A stretch of DNA of 64,000 nt from Candidatus Latescibacterota bacterium (GCA_965226795.1 CBDDDZ010000004.1:832001-896000), one strand, 5' to 3'; shown: positions 50,057-61,647, counted from the first letter of the stretch. Numbers and translations: made by a program. Notes: generated by a model from the letters alone, not told the origin.

Positions 50057-50350
50057 ATGGAAGACTATTCGCACATTCAGAAGCCGGATTTGGGCTACCG
50101 CCATGAGTCCGGCCCGGGTGCTTGGGAGGTGCTCGACTACGAGCCCTTCATGGATATTAACCGGCACCTGATTGCCACCGACGAGTTGACGATCCACCGC
50201 TCGGCTGCCATCATCCGCCGGACCGGCTCGGCTCCCGTAGGGTGGCACACCGATTGGCGCGGCTATTCGACCGAAATCAAGCACTCGGGCGACGTCCTCA
50301 ATCGTGGACTGTGGCCGTCGGACAAGTGGTTCTACCTGACCGGATCGCGG
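50057..50350 (+). pseudogene. Truncated PhyH-like gene
   Basis: AAGGAGG RBS, VGWHTDW, WFYLTGS; runs into the convergent peroxiredoxin 3' end. Confidence 0.55.
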
Positions 50351-50373
50351 CGACGAAATTACTCATTCGGACC

Positions 50374-51099
50374 TCACTGCGTCAGCGAATTCAAGTGTTC
50401 GAGAATTTCTTCCTGTTCGGCCAAATCAAACTGATTCGAGCCGATGTACATACATCTGATAATGCCGCGTCTATCGATGATGAACGTCGCCGGACGGGCA
50501 ATGCTGTTGCTGAGGTTGTGATCCGCGAAACCGATCCACCTGTGCAAAGCAAAGCCGAGTTTGTCGACGATCAACGTCGCGGGGCGGACGATGGTGTAAG
50601 CGAAGTTGTGCAACGCCAGGCCGAACCAGTGATGTACCCCGTAACTCTTGATGATGCTACAGTCTTCGTCCGCCAAAAGAGGATAGGTGATGCCACTGCG
50701 TTCGGCGTATTCGCGCAGTTCGCAAAGCTGCTGCCCTGCGGCGATAGCAATAGATGTCGCGTTACGTTCGGCGTAAGCGTCCAGATATTCTTGCACAATC
50801 GCCAACTGGCGACGGCTTCTTCTTCACCAGGTCCCCCGAAAAAACGTCAGAACGACGTGTTCTTTTTCCCGATGCGATGCCAGCGACACGTATTGTTTCT
50901 GATGCGAGGGGAGGGTAAATAAGGGGGCCGTATCGCCGACGTTGAGGACCCGAAGCTTGTACCGCGCAGTGAACCGCCGGCGCTTCGCCTTCTCTGACAC
51001 TTCCGGGTCAGGGCGGGGCGCCTCGGTAGCAGCCCCTTCGCTCCGCTCCGGAACTGCTACCGACACCTGCTCCTGTCGGGCGTTGTCCATACTCATCAT
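50374..51099 (-). CDS. IS3 OrfA N-terminus fused in frame to a peroxiredoxin-like (AhpC/TSA) probable selenoprotein (TGA at 50824-50826)
   Basis: ORFs 50824..51099 and 50374..50805 share one frame separated only by TGA: PDPEVSEKAKRRRFTARYKLR|VLNVGDTAPLFTL...FFRGTW-U-RRSRRQL...YPLLAD...RPATFIID. Confidence 0.72.
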
Positions 51100-51177
51100 C
51101 TCTTGCTCTCCTCTCCGCCCTCAAGACTACACTAAACTCGGATGGGGAGTTGTCTCACTCTATATTGGCACGTAGGG
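50951..51177 (-). mobile_element. IS3-family left end and 5' part of orfA
   Basis: End sequence shared with 18032-18059, GAGGAG RBS, and PDPEV..KAKRRRFTA.YKLR typical of IS3 OrfA. Confidence 0.75.
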
Positions 51178-51256
51178 ATATAATATTTACATTTGACAAA
51201 CGATCTCCAAAAGGCTATATCATAAGTAGGAAGTTAGCCAACAAAAGGGATCGGAA

Positions 51257-51877
51257 ATGGAACAGAAAAAGACGACATACAAGCCGATTAAGGATATGAG
51301 TATTTTCCAATTTAGCAAGCGGTTTCCGAATGAAGCTGTTGCCATATCTTATGTCGAAAACCTGCGATGGAAAGATGGGATTTACTGTCCGCATTGTGGG
51401 GTTATCGGCAATGTTCAGAAAACGAAAAACGGCAAGCCGCAACCTTATCGCTGTCGAGAATGCCGCAAGCATTTTTCAGTAAGGACCGGAACGATCATGG
51501 CGCAGTCCAACCTGCGATTGACAACGTTTCTCAATGCTATCTATCTTATCATCACACATCGCAAGGGTGTGCCGAGCACTATGCTTGCCAGGGAGTTGGG
51601 TGTTACGCAAAAGACAGCATGGCATCTGGCCCACAGAATTCGTAAAGCGTTGGAGATGAAGGGCGGTTTGTTCTCCGGACCGGTAGAGGTTGACGAAACC
51701 TATATTGGCGGCAAGGAACGGAACAAACATTCTTCCAAGAAGTTGCATGCTGGCCGTGGTACTGTTGGCAAGACTGCGGTTGTGGCAGTGCGAGATCGTG
51801 AAGATGGTAAGGTTAAAGCCAGGCTGGTACAGGGAACGGATAAAAGGAAGTGGACCCAATCGTCAAGACCAATTTGA
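51257..51877 (+). pseudogene. IS1595-family transposase, C-terminally truncated
   Basis: Zn ribbon CPHC...CRECRKHFSVRTGT, HTH LARELGVTQKTAW, GPVEVDETYIGG; later catalytic residues are missing. Confidence 0.88.
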
Positions 51878-51910
51878 GGCGAATTTAAGGTGGATATGTT
51901 TTTGGTTTTC

Positions 51911-52018
51911 GATAGGGTTCTTCTTTGCGGCCCGTGCAACCGGCTGAAGAGCAATGTGTATACGCTTTCAGGGTTAAGGCGGGAGAACAAGAAGCGGAGA
52001 TATTTGTACAACGGATAA
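51911..52018 (+). pseudogene. C-terminal remnant of an HNH-nuclease-containing gene
   Basis: Reads VLLCGPCNRLKSNVYTLSGLRRENKKRRYLYNG* (CxxCNxxK motif). Confidence 0.55.
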
Positions 52019-52030
52019 AGGGGGTACAAG

Positions 52031-52237
52031 ATGGGTGCTGTTACCGTTGTGATGGGTTTGATTAATCGAGTAGTAAAAGGGGAGCGTCCTGAGGTTGTCG
52101 TTCGAGAGGCGGAGGAAGATCCCTTTCTGGCCCGATCTCTTCAGATTGATGAGGATATTCGTACCGGGCGGAACCGTCCGTTATCACCGGAGGAACAGCG
52201 CCGGTTTATTGAACGAGTAAGAAGGGGCGGGAAGTGA
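52031..52237 (+). CDS. Putative antitoxin
   Basis: 68 aa, RBS, GTGA overlap with the RelE-like gene; EDIRTGR..LSPEE tail. Confidence 0.55.
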   Translation: MGAVTVVMGLINRVVKGERPEVVVREAEEDPFLARSLQIDEDIRTGRNRPLSPEEQRRFIERVRRGGK

Positions 52238-52596
52238 ATGAGGGGCGCGAGAGGCAACGGACCAGAAAAGCAGAGACGCCCGTTGAACAACCCAAACCGG
52301 AAGCACCACCGGTAGAGCAAGAGGTTATCATCTATCGGCGTGTTTCACGGTTTATAGAGAGGAAATTGCAACCAAAAGTACAGACACGTGCGCTTGCGGC
52401 GATTGATTCTCTCAAAGTCCCCACAAATATACGGGGGTCGGTAAAGATAGAGGGACGACCTGCCAACGATCCCATGTTCAGGATTGATAAAGATGCTTAT
52501 AGGATCTTCTGCAAGCGTCTTGAGGGCAAGGTTCATGTGGTAGACATGGAGAATCGGCAAGGTGCTTATGACAAGGGTCGCACGAGGAAACGCTGA
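52234..52596 (+). CDS. RelE/ParE-superfamily toxin
   Basis: Basic protein: RKLQPKVQTRALAAIDSL, KIEG, FRIDKDAYRIFC, VVDMENRQGAY. Confidence 0.7.
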   Translation: MNEGRERQRTRKAETPVEQPKPEAPPVEQEVIIYRRVSRFIERKLQPKVQTRALAAIDSLKVPTNIRGSVKIEGRPANDPMFRIDKDAYRIFCKRLEGKVHVVDMENRQGAYDKGRTRKR

Positions 52597-52651
52597 TCTC
52601 CACAAGATGGGGACAGTGATATTAGATTCCATAGACGTTGCGGGGAAGGCA

Positions 52652-52846
52652 ATGAAAAAGACAGGCAAGCGCAGGGCGGCAACCAAAGGAAGAATTAAGG
52701 TTGCAAAGTCTTCGTACAGTCCCACGAAGGCGGAGACGGAAGAGTTGGTAAAGATTCCAAAGAAGTTGGAAGGTGCGTCTTTTGACGCTTTTGTGAGTGT
52801 TGCGATAAGGCCAGTTGAAGTTGAGGAGTCGGACAAGCCGAAATAA
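52652..52846 (+). CDS. Small hypothetical protein at the IS1595 right end
   Basis: MKKTGKRR...SYSPTKAETEELVKIP; start uncertain. Confidence 0.45.
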   Translation: MKKTGKRRAATKGRIKVAKSSYSPTKAETEELVKIPKKLEGASFDAFVSVAIRPVEVEESDKPK

Positions 52847-53140
52847 TTAGATTTTTCTCGTGTGCAAACTTCACTTCCCGTCGGCTAACATTGTATATAG
52901 TTCCCATTGTAAAAGGATTTCGGCGCGTTTCAGGCGTCAACCCGATACTCCCGCCACCCGTCTCCCCGGCAGTCCCGCTCCTGCGGAGCGCAGACGCCCG
53001 AACCTGTCCCATTTCCCGCCAGATTCCCCTTGCCTGTGAACGAGAGAACGTCGTATTTTCTTCCTATACGCCAACAATACACCAGGCTTGCAACGGTTCC
53101 GTAGGGTTGCGCCATATCCAGAACATCTAACGGGAGGTAA

Positions 53141-55276
<2,136 letters not shown>

Positions 55277-55437
55277 TCTCAGCGGGTGCTCGCAACGGCG
55301 GCCTTCGAGCATCCGAGATCGGCGCAGATTGAAGGGCGTCAGTCGACAACGTGCCATTGACGTAGAGCAATTCGTCCCGAAGCCGCACTTCGGCCTGCAG
55401 TGCATATTCGATGAAGGTAGTAGAAGAAAGGACCACG

Positions 55438-55911
55438 ATGGCAATCACGCTGGGGGCAGGCGATGTTGCCCCGGATTTCGCGCTCGCCGACCAGGACGGC
55501 AATATCCATTCGCTGGCCGAATACAGGGGCCGGACGGTCGTCCTCTACTTCTATCCGCGCGACGAGACCCCGGGTTGTACGACTCAGGCCTGCTCTTTTC
55601 GGGATAGTCACGCCGAAATCCTGGCCGAGGGTGCAATCGTGCTCGGTGTTTCGAGAGACGATGCCGATTCGCATCGGGCTTTCCGCGAACGCCACCGGCT
55701 GCCGTTTCCCCTGCTGGTAGATGCCGAAGCCACCATCGCCGAGCGCTATGGCGCCTGGGGCGAGAAAGTCCTCTATGGTCGTCGGTTCCAGGGAATGACG
55801 CGGTCGACTTTCATCATTGGCCCCAATGGAATACTGACCAGGGTTTGGAAACGGGCCAGGCCCGCCGAGCACGGCGCGGCAGTATTAAAAGCGCTGCGCG
55901 AGTCCGGTTAA
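55438..55911 (+). CDS. bcp: BCP/PrxQ peroxiredoxin
   Basis: VLYFYPRDETPGCTTQACSFRD, RSTFII. Confidence 0.92.
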   Translation: MAITLGAGDVAPDFALADQDGNIHSLAEYRGRTVVLYFYPRDETPGCTTQACSFRDSHAEILAEGAIVLGVSRDDADSHRAFRERHRLPFPLLVDAEATIAERYGAWGEKVLYGRRFQGMTRSTFIIGPNGILTRVWKRARPAEHGAAVLKALRESG

Positions 55912-56084
55912 ACGGGACAGATATTTCTCCTTGGTCGGCGCCGCGCCGTGCGAGCGCAGATTAACTTGGAAAATGGTCGAAATGAGACTCTTCATTCTAT
56001 CGATAATTCGCCAAAATCGAATACCCCTAACCATATACGTCTTCAGTCCGACAAGCTAACTGGCACCGACTTGACACCAGCGAA

Positions 56085-57230
56085 ATGATCGACAAAGACT
56101 GGGGCAGCGACACTCTAACAAGATTTCGCTATCAGGCAGAAGCGACGCTTCCTTACTGCCTAGCGGTTATGTCCTCCCAGAATGATATTCTCTCAGTAAT
56201 TCCGGAATATCTCGAAGACATAGCCCTTAGAACGAACGATGGCTGGCGATTTCTGCAAGTAAAGACGCGAAACCCAGAACGAGGTTTGTGGACAGCGTCT
56301 GAGCTTTTCACCAAAAACGGAGGCGCTTTACGCTCCCTATATCGCACTTACCTACTCACCATCGGGAAGGACCATCCACTTGAGCTTCTCCTTGAAGGCG
56401 CCGTAAAGCCTAGCGATCCAATATGCATGCTTTACCCTGGGAAAGACCGCTCCCAACTCGAGGACATAGTAGTTGATAAGCTAGGCCCATCCCGATCATC
56501 GGCGAAGGACTTCCTCCGACGCGTAACTCTCAACGAAAGTATGCCCCGTCGATCAGATATGCATGCAACAAATGCCCGGTTGCTGCATGAACTCAAACCC
56601 TCCCTGACTTATACGGAGCTAGAAGCCGTACATAATTCGATTCTTTTTGAAATCGAACAGGCAATGCGTTGTGATCGACTCAGTGCACTATGGCCACGCA
56701 GCATTGTTCATCCAAAGGCACGGTCCACAACAACTGAGGATAGACTCCGAGCCAAGACGCTCGACGCCGACCGCCTATCCGCGATAGTCGCCCCGGTCAC
56801 GCGTGCGGAACGTCCCCTATTAAAGCGATTCGTGGAATCAGGTAGCCGGTCCGTTACGCCTCTGACTCAGAAGCTCGTCTTGGGTGGAGCTACCCCCGCT
56901 ATTGTTGAGCTGGCACGCAATCTCCAGGCGAACGCACGCCACCAACGTTACGTACGAGCATCTAAGAGCCTTGCAAACGAGGATGCTATCCTCTCCGACC
57001 TGCGCGAGCGACTTCTCACATATGCACTGACGGCGACCGCGTCACAAGACCCAACAAACCGCCCTGCGGTCCGAATCTGGCAGGAATTACTTGACAAATT
57101 CGACAAACATTCGAGACAAATCGATCGAAGTAATCTGGTATGTGCGGATCCGATGCTATTGATGGGCGAAACATGTATCCTTTCTGATGAATGCGCGTTT
57201 GGTTGGGGGGAGGCGTCCGATGCGGGTTGA
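56085..57230 (+). CDS. lmuA: Lamassu/ABC-3C effector with N-terminal Cap4-like (DUF4297) endonuclease
   Basis: GSDTLTRFRYQ, EYLEDI, FLQVKT; C-terminal LLMG...LSDECAFGW typical of ABC-3C C-terminal domains. Confidence 0.75.
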   Translation: MIDKDWGSDTLTRFRYQAEATLPYCLAVMSSQNDILSVIPEYLEDIALRTNDGWRFLQVKTRNPERGLWTASELFTKNGGALRSLYRTYLLTIGKDHPLELLLEGAVKPSDPICMLYPGKDRSQLEDIVVDKLGPSRSSAKDFLRRVTLNESMPRRSDMHATNARLLHELKPSLTYTELEAVHNSILFEIEQAMRCDRLSALWPRSIVHPKARSTTTEDRLRAKTLDADRLSAIVAPVTRAERPLLKRFVESGSRSVTPLTQKLVLGGATPAIVELARNLQANARHQRYVRASKSLANEDAILSDLRERLLTYALTATASQDPTNRPAVRIWQELLDKFDKHSRQIDRSNLVCADPMLLMGETCILSDECAFGWGEASDAG

Positions 57231-57735
57231 TAGTTTTCAACCATCTCTCGACGGCGAGGCACGGTTATTACTCCTCATTGAGGCGTTCAGCCGCCGCGAA
57301 AACATACTTGAAGGGCGTACCAAGCTAGCGAAGCTCGACTTTTTTCTTCGTTATCCAATTTACTTCGAGCGAGCACTACAGATTAGGCGACCAAAACTGG
57401 CTATCGTGCAAGAGGTGCATAAGCCTGACGTGGAGTCACGTATGGTACGCTACCGTTATGGTCCTTGGGACCCCTCGTACTTTGCACTACTAGGCCGATT
57501 GATCGGAAAAGGGCTTGTACTGCCTGCCCCTTTTGCACGTGGAATTGGATACCGCACTACAGAAAAAGGCCGCATGATTGCAACGTCTCTGCAAGAGGAG
57601 CCAGCATGGGTCGACGTCGCACAAAGGGTCGAAATTCTTCGTAAGCATTTCAATCTCAGTGGAACGAACCTTAAGAAATTCATCTATGATTATTTTCCTG
57701 AAATTACGCGCGCGACCTGGGGGCGACCGCTCTGA
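57220..57735 (+). CDS. lmuC: ABC-3C middle component
   Basis: RLLLLI, KLAKLDFFLRYP, MVRYRYGPWD..Y..LLGRLIGKGLV; overlaps both neighbours. Confidence 0.75.
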   Translation: MRVDSFQPSLDGEARLLLLIEAFSRRENILEGRTKLAKLDFFLRYPIYFERALQIRRPKLAIVQEVHKPDVESRMVRYRYGPWDPSYFALLGRLIGKGLVLPAPFARGIGYRTTEKGRMIATSLQEEPAWVDVAQRVEILRKHFNLSGTNLKKFIYDYFPEITRATWGRPL

Positions 57736-59597
57736 AAACACAAGTACAGGAAATCACACTTGAAGGTGCTGGGCGAGAGGTTCTCCTTACACCAGGCCTG
57801 AATATAATTACCGGACCAATCGCTTCTGGAAAGACTACTCTGGTACGTTTCCTTCGTTTTCTGCTAGGAAGCTCTTTAGGACACCTACCTATAGAAGCTC
57901 GCTCTAACGTTACGGCCGTTTCTGGGTCAGTAGACTTAAAGGGCAAGTCATATTCAATTGTCAGGCCCGCAGTTACTACGACGACTGCACGTGTAGAAAT
58001 CGCCGGTCCAGACGAAACTTGGAGGCTTCCAGCGCGCGAGGCGCCGGACGGCGGTACTTATACAAACTGGCTTCTTAAACAACTAGATCTTCCGAGAATC
58101 GAAGTGCCATCCGCCCCTACAAAACCGGATTCAAATCCCACTCCTGTCAGTATAAACGACTATTTTATGTATTCGTATTTGGCCCAAGATGAGTTGGGCT
58201 TCTCTGTCTTTGGCCATCGAGATCAGTACAAAAACATAAAGAGGAAGTATGTTTTCGACATTACGTACGGATTCTACGACCTTGAGGTCGCCCAACTTCA
58301 GGAACGCCTGCGAATTGTTCACAGTCGCCTTAGGGAACTACGGGCACGCAAAGATCTTTTTGAGACATTTTTCGACGACACGCCACTTGAAAACAGAGCA
58401 AGCATTGAACACGAGCTTCGCGAGGTAGATGGTCAACTGAAAGGAATCGAGACAGCATCGAGAGATCTCGCCTCGGTGCATCAGGAGGTTTCTGGTACGG
58501 CAAAGTTGCAATCTGAGATTCTGAAGCTCCAAAGCCACACAGCTGAATTACAGGCCGGTATTGATGCGGAGCATAAGTCCTTGAATAACCTACGAGAACT
58601 CACGAATCAATTGGAGTCACAATCGAGCAAGCTAACGCGATCGATTGTTTCACACAAACATCTGACAGACCTTGAGTTCGTCGTTTGCCCCCGCTGCGGT
58701 ACCGAACTTACGTCAGACAGAGCGGAGGAGGGTATTTGTCACCTATGCCTACAAGAACCTTCACTTGAGTTTTCTAGGAAAACACTGATTGACGAACAGG
58801 GGGCAGTGGAACAGCAACTCACCGAGATTCAAGACCTAGTCAGAGAGAGAGAGACACGATCGACTGACCTTCAGAAACAGCTTTCACAGGCACAGTCCGA
58901 TCTCACCAAGAAGCGCTTAGAACTCGAGTTTCAGACTGAGAGCTACGTTTCGGAGCATGCGACCCAAATCGCATCGCTCGCGGCTCAGCGGGCACGGCTT
59001 ACCTCGCGGTTGGAGCAGCTACAAGGGTACTTGGATATTCTGTCAAAAACAGATGATTCTCAGAGAATCGCCGCAAAGTTGACAGTAGAGAAGGACAGCC
59101 TGGACCAAAAACTCGAACTTGCTACAGCTAAGTCCAATGAGGGGCAACGCCGGGTAGACCACCTTAAGAATCGGTTTAACGACATCCTAGAGCAACTTCG
59201 TCCCCCCAGATTCGGTGAACTAGAATCATCGGGTATCGATCCGAACACCTACTTGCCTGATTACTATGGGCGAGCGTTTGCTGCGCTCAGTTCTCCTGGG
59301 CTTGCGACGCTCGTAAACTTGGCACATGCACTCGCCCACCACCTTACGGCTATCGAGTTAGATCTGAAGCTGCCACAGATTCTGATAATTGATGGACTGA
59401 GTGAGCACTTAGGACAAGAAGGATTGGATCCGGAGCGTTTAGCCGCAGCGTACGATTTGCTCATCGAGACTTCGGAGAGGCATTCCGAACTCCAAGTTAT
59501 CCTAGTCGACAACGAGATTCCGGATATTGCGCGGGAATTTGTACGTCTTGAGTTGTCTGAGGAGGATCGACTTATCCGTGATACTCACACAGGTTAA
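57732..59597 (+). CDS. lmuB: SMC/Rad50-like ABC ATPase of Lamassu (621 aa, CTG start)
   Basis: The frame is open 124 codons upstream of the tracked ORF and includes GLNIITGPIASGKTT (Walker A). Also YLAQ, coiled coils, CPRC/CHLC zinc hook, LSSPG and ILIIDG (Walker B). Confidence 0.82.
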   Translation: MKTQVQEITLEGAGREVLLTPGLNIITGPIASGKTTLVRFLRFLLGSSLGHLPIEARSNVTAVSGSVDLKGKSYSIVRPAVTTTTARVEIAGPDETWRLPAREAPDGGTYTNWLLKQLDLPRIEVPSAPTKPDSNPTPVSINDYFMYSYLAQDELGFSVFGHRDQYKNIKRKYVFDITYGFYDLEVAQLQERLRIVHSRLRELRARKDLFETFFDDTPLENRASIEHELREVDGQLKGIETASRDLASVHQEVSGTAKLQSEILKLQSHTAELQAGIDAEHKSLNNLRELTNQLESQSSKLTRSIVSHKHLTDLEFVVCPRCGTELTSDRAEEGICHLCLQEPSLEFSRKTLIDEQGAVEQQLTEIQDLVRERETRSTDLQKQLSQAQSDLTKKRLELEFQTESYVSEHATQIASLAAQRARLTSRLEQLQGYLDILSKTDDSQRIAAKLTVEKDSLDQKLELATAKSNEGQRRVDHLKNRFNDILEQLRPPRFGELESSGIDPNTYLPDYYGRAFAALSSPGLATLVNLAHALAHHLTAIELDLKLPQILIIDGLSEHLGQEGLDPERLAAAYDLLIETSERHSELQVILVDNEIPDIAREFVRLELSEEDRLIRDTHTG

Positions 59598-59864
59598 GCA
59601 ATCAGAGATCCTATCATACGAACCCGTGAGTCGACCTGTAACAAATACACGTTCGTTCTAACTACGGTGTCATAACACCTTCGCATTCAATCACAACCTA
59701 CGACCGCGAAAAACGTACTCTTGTCTCTGCCCATGATCATTGGGGAATGCTCCGAGCACAATTGAATGAGGGTACAACTTGCCTTGTAGGTCGCTAACCG
59801 CGGAAGTAGTCAGACAGCGAACTCGGCTTGCTCCCATCCTGGGTAGCAGCCGACGGAGATCAGG

Positions 59865-60323
59865 GTGATCGATCCGACTGTTCAGGCACAGATGCTCGTC
59901 CGGCGGCCGATCGACGAAGTGTTCAACGCGTTCGTGGACCCCGCAATCACCACCCGATTCTGGTTCACCAGGAGCAGCGGCAAGCTGGAGCCGGGGGCGA
60001 AGGTTACATGGGCGTGGGAGATGTACGGCGTCTCTGCGGATGTCCACGTCAGGGCGATCGAGCTGCCCTCCCGAATCCTCATCGAATGGGGCGAGCCCGC
60101 GACGACCGTCGAGTGGCAGTTCACGTCTCTCGGAGCGGAAGCGACCCTCGTTCAGATCTCCAACACCGGGTTCCAGGGGTCCGAAGAGGAGGTCGTCGGC
60201 ATGGCACTCGACTCGATGGGCGGTTTCTCTCTCGTGCTCGCAGCGCTCAAGGCGTGGTTGGAGCACGGAATCGCCCTGGACCTGGTGGCAGATCGCAATC
60301 CGGAAGCCCACGTTTCTCATTAA
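59865..60323 (+). CDS. SRPBCC/AHSA1 family protein
   Basis: VFNAFVDPAITTRFWF, SSGKLEPG, LKAWLEHG. Confidence 0.88.
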   Translation: MIDPTVQAQMLVRRPIDEVFNAFVDPAITTRFWFTRSSGKLEPGAKVTWAWEMYGVSADVHVRAIELPSRILIEWGEPATTVEWQFTSLGAEATLVQISNTGFQGSEEEVVGMALDSMGGFSLVLAALKAWLEHGIALDLVADRNPEAHVSH

Positions 60324-60507
60324 CCTTGCTACTTCGCCGAGAAGGCCGCATAGGCCGAGAGCGACGACGACGCTGAACCGGATGCCGGGCTGGGGGGCTT
60401 CCCCCCGAAGTGCGGCTGATGCGGTACACCCGACGGGAAACCGCCTGCAAGCTGACGGAGACTGCCATAGAGAATGACTGCGTCACTGGAGAAAGGAGTC
60501 TTCGATC

Positions 60508-61647
60508 ATGATTGAATGTCTTGGTATCGGCCACCTTTTCGAGCTTTCCAGGACGGAAGCGATTGTGGGGTTTTTTACCCCGCTGGTGGTCTTCGCCGTG
60601 TTTTTCCTGGTGCAGCTCATTCTGCCCGGAAAGTGGGTCCCCGGCTACGTCATCAACCCCGAGACCGGCGAGCCACGCAAATATCGGCTGAACGGCATTC
60701 TGGTATTTGCAATCGCGCTGATCGTGTGGGCGTTCGAGCTCACCGGGATGCCGCGTGACTGGTTCTACCGGTCATCAATCTATGCAGTGGCCGGCGGAAC
60801 GGTCTTCACCACTATCTTTACAATCCTGGCGGTGTTCACCCAGCCGCAAGGCAGGATAAAGAATCCGCTCCTGGCGCTGTGGATCGGGCGGGTCCAGGAG
60901 TTGTCGTTCTTCAACAGCCGCTTCGACGTAAAGATGTATTTCTATGTCGTGGGTGGAACGATGCTGTCGCTCAACGCCCTGTCCGGGGCCGCGTACCACT
61001 GCGAACGCTTTGGCGAAGACGCCAATCCGGGCGTTTTCCTGTTTGCGGCATTCCTCACGTTCTACGTCCTGGACTACTTCGTCTTCGAGCGCGTCCAGCT
61101 ATATACCTACGACCTGATCCACGAACATCTCGGCTTCAAGATGTTCTGGGGCGGTCTCGTGGTCTACGGGTGGCTCTACATCCTCCCGCTGTGGGGCATG
61201 GCCGCTTACCCGGACCCAGGATTCTCGCCGGCGTGGACGAAGGTTTGGCTCGTCGGAACGCCTGCGCTGTTTCTGGTCGGGTGGGGTATCTCGCGCGGCG
61301 CCAATATGCAGAAATACACGTTCAAGCGATGGCCGGAGCGCAAGTTTCTGGGTCTCATCGAGCCTGAATTCATTGAGGCCGGCGACCGCAAGATCCTGTG
61401 CAGCGGTCTATGGGGTGTCGCCCGCCACTTCAACTACCTGGGCGAGGGGTTCCTTTCCCTCTCAATCGCTCTGGTGTTCGGCCATTTCACGATCCCCTGG
61501 GCCTGGACCTACTTCGTCTTCATCGTCACGCTGTTCACCATACGTCAGGTTCAGGACGACCGGCGCTGTGCCGAGAAATACGGCCCCGAGAAGTGGGCCG
61601 AGTATCAGGCACGGGTGAAGCACCGGATTATTCCCGGCGTCTATTGA
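60508..61647 (+). CDS. ERG4/ERG24-like sterol reductase family membrane protein
   Basis: Multi-TM; YRLNG, TYDLIHEHLGF, SGLWGVARHFNYLGE, DDRRCAEKYG, RIIPGVY. Confidence 0.85.
   Translation: MIECLGIGHLFELSRTEAIVGFFTPLVVFAVFFLVQLILPGKWVPGYVINPETGEPRKYRLNGILVFAIALIVWAFELTGMPRDWFYRSSIYAVAGGTVFTTIFTILAVFTQPQGRIKNPLLALWIGRVQELSFFNSRFDVKMYFYVVGGTMLSLNALSGAAYHCERFGEDANPGVFLFAAFLTFYVLDYFVFERVQLYTYDLIHEHLGFKMFWGGLVVYGWLYILPLWGMAAYPDPGFSPAWTKVWLVGTPALFLVGWGISRGANMQKYTFKRWPERKFLGLIEPEFIEAGDRKILCSGLWGVARHFNYLGEGFLSLSIALVFGHFTIPWAWTYFVFIVTLFTIRQVQDDRRCAEKYGPEKWAEYQARVKHRIIPGVY

Larger units (their letters stand above)
51178..52905 (+). mobile_element. IS1595-family derivative carrying passenger genes (ends approximate)
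   Basis: Truncated transposase, HNH remnant, toxin-antitoxin pair and small ORF, ending at ATTGTATATAGTTCCC; weakly matching TATTTACATT at the left side. AT-richer block. Confidence 0.6.

Noticed and set aside
42700..51200. Integron cassette array explaining the run of small unrelated genes
   Set aside because: No integrase and no convincing attC (RYYYAAC...GTTRRRY) sites; genes are on both strands.
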